This document shows positions 47,501 through 60,221 of a stretch of DNA of 64,000 nucleotides, piece by piece (position 1 is the first letter of the stretch; the number at the start of each line of letters is the position of its first letter). This DNA is from Phallusia mammillata (lineage: Eukaryota). Below the pieces are notes generated by a model. The model did no database searches, was not told where the DNA came from, and was given only the letters and a program-made list of their open reading frames with translations. Made by a program: the position numbers and the translations under genes. The DNA lies in assembly GCA_965637545.1 (NCBI GenBank), contig OZ281495.1, forward strand, positions 8,184,001-8,248,000. The letters are read 5' to 3'.

Positions 47501-50500
47501 GCAGAGATGTGGAGACGGGTAAATTATTTAAGTTTCGGTCGTCATCGCGCAATTTATTGCTGAATTAATAAAACTAGCCGAATGGCAAAGTCGCAAAAGT
47601 ATCACAACTTTTCCACAAAATGTTATGGGCTATCTCTTGCCGATTTTTCTAAAAACTTTTTGTACGACCGCGTCTAAGCTGTGTTCCACCAGTTAGGTGT
47701 TCTCTTGCTGTGATTGTCGAAGCTATTTCTAACAGCGCTTTTTGTTAGTGCCATTGCAAAAATCACAAGAAGTTAAACTTATTCTTTACCTCTGTTCCAA
47801 TCATAGTTGGTCGTATGTAGAGGGATGCCTTGGTTGAGTATGGAACCCATTCCTGGTCCACTCTTACCAGTTCTCCGATACATTTCATAAGTTCTTCTTC
47901 GTCAAAAGTCTAAAGTATATCAATAGGCACATTTGTCAAAACAAACATGCCCAAAGCAAGTACACAGAAGTCACAAAAGAATCTGGTACCGTAAACTATA
48001 CCACGCAAGAAATGAGTCGAGTTTTATGGCAAATGAGTAAAGAGGTTCGGCCAAATTGATGCTTTTGCTAAATGGTATAGCTAACTGCTTGGACTAGTAG
48101 TAAAAGAAATAGACAGTTATTGGCTCAAATCTAACAGGTTGCAGGAGAGGAAAAACAGGGGTGTAAAAAAATTGGAGAAAATTAGAATTGAACGTGTTCG
48201 ACTGTTTTGTTGTTTAAATTGTTGAAACAGCAACGCCCAGGAAATACGAGTTCCTCTGTTTTACATCGAAAATGGGGTGTTAGTACAAAAACGCACATGC
48301 ATATCATGTCAATTGAACATCCTGAAAGTGGAGTGTGTATTAAAAAACAATACGGACAAAAGTACCGAAGGGCAAATGACGTCCTATCAACACATTCTGA
48401 ACGATGTAACAAAATTTTATAATTTAACAATAAAACAACGTGTACTGTCTGTTTAAGGCAACAAAATGTAAACAAAGGAACAATGTAATTTTCTTTTTAA
48501 CTTCAGCCGGGACAAACTAACATTTTTAAATAGCATTTTCTTTTACCGGGAGACAGGCTCTAGTAGCGGTTCGGTTCATTCTTTTCATATTTTCCAGAGG
48601 CCGAAATAGAGCGATTCTGTTGTCAACTGTGCGGTAGGCCTTCATTCCCTCGAAAAGCTGTATAACGTAAGAAATGAAGGTTAATTTTACAAACTTGCAC
48701 TATGGAACAAAGGGGATAACTTTAGGACAGTGAATTGCTGCAAGGATTTCGAATTGGCGAACCACTTTACGGCTTCCTAAACAAATCATGACACTTATTT
48801 ACGACAGGATTTTGAGATTTAGGACACATTTGGCAAGTTTATTAGACCAATTAAAATGAAACACAACATTTACGGCGACTGAAAATCCATCTGCTTTCGT
48901 GAAGAGAAAAAAAATTGCCCAATTCAAATCATTATAATCAGCAAGTTTTAACATTTTCTGAACTATTGGCGTTACACATGTTTTATGACGACAGACACCA
49001 CGTAACTTACGCATCATGTACTACGTAACCGCTTCCGGTTTAACTATGACATTTAATGACTAGCACCGGCCTAAACGAAAATCTTAACACGAAACGCAAG
49101 CCGGCTCTGTTATTTCAGACAGCTAAACATCTTGTGACGCATTCTCACCTCTGTTGCGTAATGAAAAACTGACGTAGCCGGATGAAGACTGATATTTTCG
49201 AGTGGTTTGATGACCGGTGATGACCAGCCCCGGTCTTTGTCCCACTTGATGGCCAGCATGTGGTCAGTGAAGTTTTTTCCGAACAAACATTCGTCCGGGT
49301 TTTCGGGTTTGGCGTGTGGGTGGCGGGTGAAACGATACTGTAGGTCTGCCGCCTGGATGAACAAATGAAAATCTTGATTTTGGATATCCAACTTGATTAG
49401 CGGGTCAGGAAATCACGTGACTTTACGTTTTGTTTCGCGTTTAGCTACAGCACATCACACCATGTTCGTTTTTTATGTGACATTTGTCCCTTAGAAATGG
49501 GAAAATGTCAGTATAGTCGGCGCGCGGCTAAAACGTGTGACATGCATGCGTGTTTGACATCGTTATGCAGCATATTAATTTGCAAACATTTTTATTTTAT
49601 TTTAAATGCCGCAAAATGCGCCTGTAGGCATTTGCTATTGTGCGGTCTACACAAATTACGAGGTTGTATGACAAGGAAGCCGAAACACCGGTCACAAAAT
49701 ACGCCGGTTAATCAAAAACCAGTTATTTAGCCTTAATTCAACAAGAAAAAGACCCAGCCTTACGCGTTCGACTTGTCGTTTAGCAAATTTGGCATTTGGT
49801 TGCGACACGACAAACCATCATTTCCTGTTATCTTATGTTGCAAGTTGCATCGTGCAGTAATTATTAAATTTGGCTAAGTTTTGCAGAAACTAATTGCAAC
49901 AATAAAGGAAAATCAGTATGTAAACTTAACATATAAGATCTATTAGCTCAGGGACGCTTGCTGAGCACCTGCAGCCTGAAATGAAACTAAATATTTACGT
50001 ATATTTTTTTCAAACCCCAAGGGCCCAAGCTTATATCCCGTTTCCATGGCCGTTGGTCCGATCGGACTTTTCCGCCATTTCAGTCCGATCGGACGCAATA
50101 AGGAATGACTCAGCATTTTTTTCAGTGTTTTCGCGGACCTCCTCGACTTTTAAAAGTCCGATCGGACCAACGGCCATGGAAACGGGATATTATAGTGATG
50201 ACATGACAAAACAAACCAAGCCTTTGGGGAGGAAGTATATATATTGTTAGGTGGCATTTCTGAACACAAAGAATCCCAATACCCTGATTTAACATAAAGT
50301 CCAGTTTTACAGTTTCCGAGCTAAACAACAACTTGACAAAACGAATTAGTTTTGCCATTTGATAATAATTTTTCGTCACAAAAAACATTCCAAGGCACGT
50401 TTTTGAGAAAAATAAAATAGAAGAGTCAGTACTGACCTTAAATGATGTGTTTGATGCAAGTCGCCGAATCTGTAACACAAGAAATAAAAATTTTAAACAC

Positions 50501-52008
50501 AAATCAAAAACACAAGTCTTAACACTTTGCAAATGTGACACGCGCTAAGAGAACTGGACTGACTTATTTAAAAGTTGAAGATAAAAAAGGTTAAAACTTT
50601 TACCTGTTGCGATCTTTTACTTTTTAGTAAAGAGATTAAGTTTAAAACGAGCTAGATTTGGGCCTAACTGTACACTTAGGCTGGTTTGTGTCATGACCAA
50701 TCAATCAATCGTTTATTTTTTTAAAACGAACATTATGATAGGGAGGCATCGTTTTAACCTTTCGGTTTTCGAGTATTTTATCAACTTTTGGACCGAATTC
50801 GGGCTTTGTTTCAAAAGGTCGGGTTCGGGCCTCAATTTTGTACCCTTTTATAACATTGAGACAGCAACAGTTTCTTTTAAGCACAAACAAGCGATTGGTG
50901 TTGCTCAAAACTCATTAAGGCTTCGCGTAAACAGCCGGTATTGCGTGACATTCTGGCCGTCACGATTTGGCAAGCCACCAAAATCCACTGTCGTGCCATT
51001 AACTGGTGGAATTTTGCAAGTTTGTGATAAAAGAGGTATCCTAATTATCAATTTGCACAGATGTATAACAAATGCTGTTCAAAAAAAGAAACTAAACTCT
51101 TTTAAGGCATTTGAGTTAGTGTGTCTTGGGTTTTAACCTCATGTTGCAAATGGTACACGTCTTTTTGTTGTACATATTAGTCATACGTCCCTCTGTAGAT
51201 GACGTTTTTTTGTGACGCAGCGACACGCGGTCTATTTTAACCCGAACGACCAGTCCGTGTGTGTGTGTGAGTGTGAGTGTGTGTGCTGCAATGTGCTCAG
51301 CGATAAAACAAAGCATGGAACAGCAATATGACACCAGTCTGAAAGGACCAGCCGTTAAGATTCGGACATACACCACACAGCTGCTGCTGGACTGCCTAAA
51401 AATGTCAGCAAAAGCTATTTCAAATCTTGCTGCCTTGGTAAAAATGGCGGACACACGACCTTACGTGATGAATTGGGCGGTACGTTCATGTGTCATTGCC
51501 TTTTGCCGCGGTAAAAAAAGTCAAATAGAGCCAAACATGTGATGCTACTGTTCGACCGGGTTCCCAATATGCTCATGAACTACCACGACAGTTAATCGAT
51601 TTTCTATGCCGCTCGAAAGCAGACTGTGGAAAAGTACTAGTAATGTGCTACTTCAAAATTCGGAACGCTTTTAACCGGCCATCTTGTCTAAATGCTACAT
51701 GGCAACAAAAGAGTTTTTCAAAATCCCTTTTTCATGCTTCAGTGCCCTTGACGTCAGTAATGTTGCCTAGTGTAGTGTTATATAAAATCTTGTCACTTTC
51801 ATCCAAGCGAACTGACATGTGTACGTATTAGTTGCCAGTAGCAATATGTACACACGTCTTGGCCGTACGTTTACATTACCTAACATATTAGTATTTGTTG
51901 CAAAGCAAGAAGTAAATAAAAATGAAAAAATGACATTAAACTTACCAAAATAAACGGAGCCGTCTTAAGTCCCTGTTCAATTAAACGTAGACGACCGCAG
52001 GTTGCCAT
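44573..52008 (-). CDS. BCAT: Branched-chain amino acid aminotransferase with a mitochondrial-type N-terminus
   Basis: Exons 52008-51946, 50469-50437, 49352-49149, 48657-48547, 47909-47790, 47155-46992, 46594-46452, 45910-45753, 45506-45360, 44653-44573. Motifs [35 protein letters not shown] (PLP lysine), [22 protein letters not shown]. The first two exons (MATCGRLRL...[11 protein letters not shown]) look like a presequence and are less certain than the rest. Confidence 0.88.
46250..47490. repeat. Fragments of a dispersed repeat with cgggttcgggc / ttacaactct motifs in BCAT introns (also ~50740-50850 and ~61000-61410)
   Basis: Recurrent (g)ggtcgggttcggg, ttcgggcctga and ttacaactct blocks interleaved with BCAT exons; boundaries poorly defined. 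Confidence 0.5.
50034..50189. mobile_element. PIF/Harbinger (Tourist-type) MITE in BCAT intron 2
   Basis: Perfect inverted arms tatcccgtttccatggccgttggtccgatcggactttt (38 bp); 3-bp TSD TTA (50031-33 / 50190-92). Confidence 0.88.
51257..51282. repeat. Imperfect (GT)n/(GTGA) microsatellite
   Basis: gtgtgtgtgtgtgagtgtgagtgtgtgtg. Confidence 0.8.
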
Positions 52009-55000
52009 TCTGAAGTTTATTGAAATTCAACTGATTTAACCCTACTGTATTTTTGTTCTAAATCCGCACTTGTTCCTTGATAAATAGACAAAAGCAATCA
52101 GGTATTTTCTCGTTAATTTGGTTTAAGTAATCCTAAGCAGTTTAGCGAAGCAGTCTAATTCTCGGCAGTAATCCACAATCAAATTCTCAGGCTTAGATTA
52201 TAACAGATTTATAACTACTTTCCTGGGTGCGTCTAAACTGGTTACAGCTAAAACTGTATTACTTCCCAACAGGAAAACTTAAAGCGAGCGCACATAATCA
52301 TGCAATGCGGTTTTCTGCGCGAGTTTAAAGAACCTCATTGAAGCGATGGTTGGCAAAACAATGTGGCATTGCGGCAAACGCCTCAGGGATCGGCCTTAAT
52401 TGGAATCTACATCGCACTTCTGATCTGACCAGCTGTCTACACCAATGCATACAAAACAGCCGTCCTTTTTCGTGCAAACCAATTTGCACTACATTCCAGT
52501 TGAAACCTTAAGGGAAAAAGCATTGGCAAAAATCGATATGCTTCTCATAAGCCGAATGGACAAAATGGAAAACGGGTCATTACCGGTAATCCTTTTATGT
52601 TACGGTCTAAATCTGCAAAGGAAATAAATATGACTAAATAGTATGTAGGCTATTGTAGCGGCATTTTGTAAAGACATTTCAAAAAAGTCCAATGTACCCA
52701 CATAGCTGTTTCCTGTTCCTGTTGTGCTCTAACTACATAGTCATGGTAGTCGCGGTGCTATATGAATGTCACATGCTGTTACGTCATTTTAACCCACAAA
52801 ACAACACCACGAATTCCCTCGTTTAATATTGCGTCATTTCGTTCGGCCCGCCGAAATCACCAAAGCGTTGCAACTCGCCTCGTGCCCTCTCTTCGTAATA
52901 ACACACCGGCGCTGCCGCAGTAATAAATAGGCATCTATCCAGGCTAATAGGTGCTTTCTGGTGAACAGCGAAATAAATACACGTTATTGTACAAATCGTG
53001 ATCGTGATGTATGTTGATCAATCTATACCAGTGAATCGTATAAATGACAAATCTAAGCATTCGTTTTGTTTGCTGATTAATTTCCTAGAATTACTCACAG
53101 CGTAAGACTATTTGACGTTTGTCCACGTAGCATTTAACAACTGATTCATCAAAACACATTCACTGTACAAATAAAAAAACATAACTAGGCCATTTTCAAA
53201 CATCTCAATATCTAGCCTGGCTTAACACGCATTAGATTAGTGGATGTACTTAATACAGCACCTGGCGTACAAAAACATCCTACAAGGTTTAATCTGTCTG
53301 GGCTTAACTAATTGCAGTACATCCACTTAATTTCTGCCAGTCATTTCCCACAACTAACAGGCTCTGCCACGCGTGTGCCAGCTTTAAATGTGATGGGTTG
53401 TCGCGTCACAAAAGCACGCTTGACGAAACAATGCCGGTAACAAGGTACAATTAACAATAAATTTCCGTTTTAAATAAATTCGTTAAACAAGACACAATGT
53501 GCGTTAAAAAAGTTCGAAACTTTACACACTGTTATACGAACTTTTTCGGGCTAGCTAATGTTTCTTTTAAATGACAAAACTATTGACTAAACACCAATAA
53601 TTTTGTTCTTACATTTATTGTGCACTGTACCTTAAACGGGGCGTGATCTTACGGCGAGACGTGATTGGCTTGATTGTTAGCCGGGGCAATGCGACCTAAA
53701 GTAACCCCGCTGTGAATAGACTATTGAGCATTTACGTTGCTGCGTTCAACACATCCATCTGCTATGACCTCTGCTGCCAATAGAGTTACTAAATCTGCAC
53801 CAGTAAACTATATTGAAAAAAATTGCAATTCGACAAATTTTGTTGCGAAACGACCAGCAACCTGCGAATGTAAACTGATAAATAATGCAACATATTTCAA
53901 AAGACCATGTCACAACACAATGCCTAATTTAGTAGACCCTTTTCTTGAACATAGCTCATGGCCTTGTAAAGCATGGAAAAAATGTATCTAAGCCCTTCTT
54001 AAATCTTTTAATCTATTTTATCACATAAATGCAATGCATGATGGAACATAGTACCTGCAATCAACCATTCGTGGGAACTTACTAGCTCGCAATTATATAG
54101 CATTACAAATTGTATTTACATTAATACAAAGAATAGAAAATATTTTAATCTTACAGTTGTAAAAACAGTGTTAACCCTATTTCCCTTTTTAGAAAAACTT
54201 CGTTACCACAAAGATTAACTGAAAGATAAAAACGAAATCCTTTAGCGCAGTAGGTGAATAAGTATTTCTGCTTTATTACAACCTGTGCATAACATTGTCA
54301 CTGTATCATACTAAAATGAGACAATTGCAGTATTCCGCTGTATATAAAGCGGGTTGTTACGTCACACATACCGTAGCCTTCTTGCTATTCTGTGCCTTTA
54401 CAACGGGGACCGTACATAATACACACACATGAAACAGGAAGATTGCATTCAATGCGGTGACAAAGCTCTGACCTAGGACTGATGGCTTTTTTCAACATTC
54501 AATCGCCTTTTAAAGCGACGGTGTATGTTCAAAACTGAAAGTTCACAATAGCAGACGTTCGGGAAAAAACAATCACCATTGTTAGCACACAATGGTGCTG
54601 TGTTTGTTTCGTTGTATTGTATAACTGTAAAGCCAATCCATTAATTTTGTTGGTGTTATGTTAATAGTACAAATATGGACAGGCAGGCTATTTTAAGCAC
54701 CCTTAACGTTTCATCCATCTAGCACTAAATGGACGTCTTTAAAGCAGTAATTTCAAAATGTCTTTTTTACACGAGTTGACAATATTGTTCGCGTTGCATC
54801 TAAGTCCAGAGAATATGTTCCTTTACCGCTTATTTTAGAAGATATGCAACACTAAAAAGCTACGTCTTATTTGTTGTGTCATAAAACCTAAAAAAGCAAA
54901 TAAAAGTAAGTATGTCACGCAGGGATATATAATGCATAATCTATTGTTAATTGTATTATTTTGACTTCACTCATGTTAGCTGAAGTACACTTGCGCACGA

Positions 55001-56175
55001 CCTAATAGGCCTTCGCATACCTCAGTTTCAAAACCACTGCTTTACAGCATTCTAACGATCTGGTATGACTAGGCAATTCTGTCGTGCAGTTATTTGAGGT
55101 AAAAGCAAATTTGGTCTAACGTGACTTTTACAAATTTCCAAACAAAAACAGAATGTGTTGAACTGAGCAACCATAAAACAAGCTGAAAATTACGGATTTT
55201 TAACAAATGTTCATGGCTTAACTGTCGTATAATTCGTACATTTTACACAGATCAACAGCATCGTCTAGCGGTATTTTTAAGTGCTAAACGAACAAGAGTT
55301 GTAAAAAGGTCTGAAACTGAAGACCGAACCGAAATTTATTTTTATGCCCTTGACAACTGTTTTATCGGTAAAGCATCTGTTTTGCCACAGAAAATAAAAT
55401 GTTTGTGTCATAAACAAAGTATTTTATCCTATTAAATTTTACTGTATCAATCCAGCGAACGTTAGTCAACTATATTTACATACGAAATTATCAATTTCCA
55501 TTTGAAAAGGAGCAATTTGTCGCCTAATTCAATCGAAAGGTCGATGGACCAGTGATTATACCAGTTTGTGACGTCACACTGCCTCAGGCTCTGAACAAAT
55601 GAGTTGTTCTTTTTCGATGGAAGAAAGAATTTGTTCTGGGCACAGACAGACAGTAAGATTACTCAGTTTTGATGGATTTAAAACTGGATATTCAAGCTTT
55701 TGTAATTGTGTAGACACATCCCTAAGATTTTGTTGACAGTTTTGAAAATAAGTTTTAACCATCCATTAAGTTCAGATTTGTGATTTACTTTCTTTTGATT
55801 TGTGTAAAAAGGCAGTTTCATTAGGTTATTCGAAAAAAAATTCTTATGAAAACATATGGAATTATTATTATAACTGATAATTTTGATTGATTTATTGTTT
55901 ATAAATCTAACACCACGTGAAATATACAATTAACTAATATTAATATTTAATAGGTTATCATATTTGTATGCCGAAAGACAATGTTTTTTCAGCAATATAT
56001 TGTACGATATAAAAAGAGGATTTAACATATTTAAAACATACAGGAATTCACCGAAATGATAACATCGCATGTCGAAAAGTAGAAAATGTAATGGACTTTA
56101 CTTGCCTATTAAAGATTATGTAATCCTAAACTACGTACCGAACCTGACATCAAAATGCATCAAACAAAGGATTTT

Positions 56176-59100
56176 ATGAAACTTCTTCTTTCTTTGACTG
56201 TGTTACAAATTGTGTCGACATCAAGAAGTAAGTGTTCACCACAGTATTGTATCAAGTGGTGAGACGGGTGATAATGTTACACAGTCGTAAGCTTGTTATG
56301 TTAATGCCAGGGTTTTAAGTAATGCCCCTAGTTGTTTATAAGAAAATTAAAACCCAACATAGCAAGTATTTAGGCCTAGTACTTTAAACCTTTGGATTCA
56401 AGCCACAACCCAACCAAAACCCGCAAAAAGTAATTAAAAAAGAGTTTTAAACATCCTTTGTACTTTTTTGCAGTCTGCTAAGGGGTTGACACGACCTATT
56501 AGTGTTTTAAATCTCCCTATGTTTTTATACGTGTTATCTTCAAAGGTCGGGTACATGCTAAACGAATTTGACAGATTTATCAAGTAGAAAAGAACGTACA
56601 CTTGTTGTTTTTTCAAATATGTCAAATTATTTTGGTACTGATGGTTCTCCCACTGGCACGGTTATTGTTCGTTCTTGTTGCAGCTTGTACGCATGACAAT
56701 CTGAAAGCAACAGATCGTTGGCAAATTATAAAGAGTCCGGATTTTCCCAAACCGTTTCCAGCTCAGACACAATGTTCTTGGAGGTAATCACAGCAAAGTT
56801 ATTAGATTCTCTAATTCTTCGGTTTGCTGGGGCGTAAATCAATGCACACATATGCGTCTTGAGGTTATGTGCAAAGGAGGTTATAAAACACAATAATGAC
56901 ACCCTGCAATAAAGACATATATCACGAAGGATTAGAAATGTAGTCAAGTATTACCTATGTTAGGTTAAGGGCTATACTCTAAAATACACAATCCACGTAA
57001 ACTACAACTGGCAAGTTGTATATGCAAATGCCAGGCACGCAAACTATACCAACGATCTACTTTAGAAAATGCAACCTTCTCTATTATTTCAATTTACCTT
57101 ACTATGAGTATTTTGCTTTTTTTGAGAAGATTGCAAGAAGTCTGGATGATAACGGATTTATAGTGACTAGAACAGATTGCGTTGGCATGACGTTTGATCA
57201 TTCCGTTGATTGGGAATTTTATTCGAATAGGTTTCGTAAATAAAATGGTTTTAATAATACATTCAAGTTATGGATTGCTTAGATTGTGTATTTACAGTAG
57301 ACTCTTTGTTAGTGACACTTTTTTATTTAGGATTACTACCACGGCTGGTTCTCGGATAAAACTTCAGTTTTCCGGTTTTAACCTTGCGTTTCCAGACAAC
57401 AAGGGCCGTTGCACCCGTCAGTGGCTCAACATACAGTTCAGAGAAAAAGTGGCCGACGCTCCTCCCAAATTTTTTACGCTTTGTGGCAGAGACAGCCCTG
57501 GAACCATTGTGTCTCCAGGTACATAAGTTGTGTTGTAATTAAGCATGCATTGGATTTTATTACCTCTTGTTTAGTGTATTAACGAGATAATGCATGTAAG
57601 CTGCAGACAGTCACCAACTGCACTGATGAGACATTATAGGTCGAAACAGTGTGGCCTGTATGCAGCTTATCATTTATTGGCTTGATGGTTATAGTGTATG
57701 TAGTTTTTCGTATGTCCACCTTGTTTAAATTTACTTTGCTGCGTCTCGCTGGGCGCGTTCTTCAAATTTTAAAATATTGTCCTGGAGTGAATAATGTATT
57801 TTTTAACGATCAGTTTCAACTGTATCATTATAAAAGCATAAAGTCATTACATAATAAGTAAGCTGCAGACAATGCACACTATTTGTAAATTTTCAATAGT
57901 GCAGCTGGTAACCAGGTAATAACCGCATAGAACTATAGACTATAGAGTTTATAGACAGCAATGCAATAATTTGTTTTATCCTTTAAAAAGTGGAAACTAA
58001 TAAGCTTTTAAATGGAGACTTCTCGTTTATAGGAAGTATTCTAATGTTGAATCTCCATTCGGGCTCGGATTCCATAGGTTCCAAGTATTTGGGCTTCCAG
58101 GCGAGTTACTCTATTACCACTGAGTCTGCTGTTCTCCCAGGTAAGGCTACTCAACAGATCGAACTGCATCTGCAAATACGTATTGCAGTGCGTCTACTTG
58201 TCGATACCTGCGCATTGCTCTGCAGTACCTAACTGCTTGGACATGTTTCTTTATAGAATTTAAATAGAATTGTAGGCGACCCATTTATTTATATATTTAC
58301 GGTCAATAACCGGAAAGCCCGACCAACTCACAAGTTTGTATAGCCTATATGCTAGTTTTTATTATACGCTGGAGGCTTGTAGACTGCAAACAAAAAAATA
58401 AACTTTTGCATTAGGACAATGCTTCTTAACTCGCTTCAGGTAATGGACCACCAGTTCAGTTAAATGACATTCTGGAGCAGTTCATTGTAAAGTAAGGATA
58501 AAAAAACATCCACAACAAGCATATTGGTAAAATTGTTTCTTTAATACAGAATTTCTGAGAGTAATATCACACAACAGCTAACAAGAAATGGCGAATAGCT
58601 TGGATAAGTTGTTTACGTACTGAATATCCCATCAAATACATGCAACTATTCGCAGTTTAATAGCAAATATATTCAAAGTCCTGCGGACCACCCAAAAAGC
58701 CATTATGGGCCACAAATACCACTACTTTAGGACAACATGAATAAAACTGTGACAGTGTGTATATTCTAAATACGTATCCGTGACGTTATCCACAGGAGAA
58801 GCTGCAGCTCCTCAGCAAACCAAAAAACCTGTCCAACCGACTCAAAGACGAAAACCTTTGACGCAAAACGAACGGATAGAGTTGATGAACAGGCGCCGAA
58901 ACCAGGGTTTAGACGTCATCGACAACCCTGTGTTTGATACAAACGGAAATCCAGTGGATTCTTACAAAAAGAAGTCAACGAGAGCTACTATTAAACGTAA
59001 GGTGTAAGGTTTTTCTTGATTTCCTTGATTTTTGTGAATGGTCCGACAAATGACATGCGCTTTTGCTGGTCATAAATTTGTCCATGTAAGCCTTTAAGAT

Positions 59101-60221
59101 CCTTTTAAATGTGTTACCAGCGTCCACGTTGTGTAGCTGATGTACAGCCAAAAATATTCATACTTCTAAGCCTACAGAACACCGGGTTAGGAACCTCCTG
59201 CTTGTTTGGCCAGATGTGACTCTTTTGATGACTGTGTCAGAAAAATCTTAGTTGCATTTCTTTACGCAATAAATAACTCATAATTCTGCTAAAATCATAA
59301 AAATAGAGAGTTAAAATAATCTTCCTTTGCGTAATACATACGTTTTGTCACCTCTTTCTAGAAACCTCAGTTTCAATCGTGGGCATTGTGATGTATCCCT
59401 GACTTATTTAATTGGCTTTAAATTGATGTTTGTTAAATTTTTCAGCTGTGACGCAATACGTACCCCATTATGTGCCCCCGAAACGTGTCAAGACAATATC
59501 GAATGAGATGAAAGCTGTTATTATCGTCATAAGCATCATTGTCGTGGCGTTCGTGCTCCTTCTAGTGGCCAGAAAACTGAATTTAGTTGATCGGATCAGA
59601 AAAATGCATCAGAGGAGGAAAGAGGCCGCGGCGAACGCAAGAAATAACAGACACGTGAACACGGTTTCGAATGGAAGAATAATGGCCATTGAAGAGAGAT
59701 TAGGTGGCAAGGACAGAAAAACAAAGACTAAAAAGAATAAGTCCTCACCTGAAAAGCGAAAGAGACCAAAGTCTGATTCCGCTGTGGAAGTTAACGCTGT
59801 CAAGAAGAAGAAAAAGCGAAGAAAAAAAGTGGAGAATGAAACAGAAAACACTGAGGTATCTAAGAAGCGCAAAAGAAAGAAAACTGATGACAAATCGCAA
59901 GCGGAACAGAAAGTAAAGCAACGCAGGCCTAAAATCCTTGACAGTGAAGTTAAGGTGCCTGCTAAGCCTAAAAAGCGACGAGAAGAATCGAATGTTAAAC
60001 ATTCATCCAGTGAAGGCCGGCGTAACACGCGAACTGCCATTGCATACACCGATGAAAATACTCGAGCGAAAAGGCGCCGACAGCGGCCACCAGAGTACGA
60101 TGACTTGTACCCAAAGAGGGCACCGAGAGCCAGACACCACGAACGTTACCCATCCAGTTCATCTTCGCCTGGTTATTTTTCTGACTCACCATCCGAGGAC
60201 AATTACCCACGTAGGCGATGA
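56176..60221 (+). CDS. Signal peptide, one CUB domain, single TM helix and Lys/Arg-rich cytoplasmic tail; orthologue unknown
   Basis: Exons 56176-56227, 56684-56783, 57331-57518, 58033-58140, 58796-58996, 59446-60221, in phase. Signal-like MKLLLSLTVLQIVSTS; CUB-type SPDFPKPFPAQTQCSW, RIKLQFSGF, LCG, LHSGSDSIGSKYLGFQASY; TM AVIIVISIIVVAFVLLLVA. Confidence 0.78.
58417..58724. mobile_element. Degenerate hAT-type MITE in a CUB-gene intron
   Basis: Flanks cattagga / ctttagga (7/8), decayed termini, repeated ggaccac motifs typical of Charlie-like MITEs. Confidence 0.45.

Noticed and set aside
51261-51542. 93-aa plus-strand ORF inside BCAT intron 1
   Set aside because: Starts in a microsatellite, no homology recognised; the region reads better as regulatory sequence.
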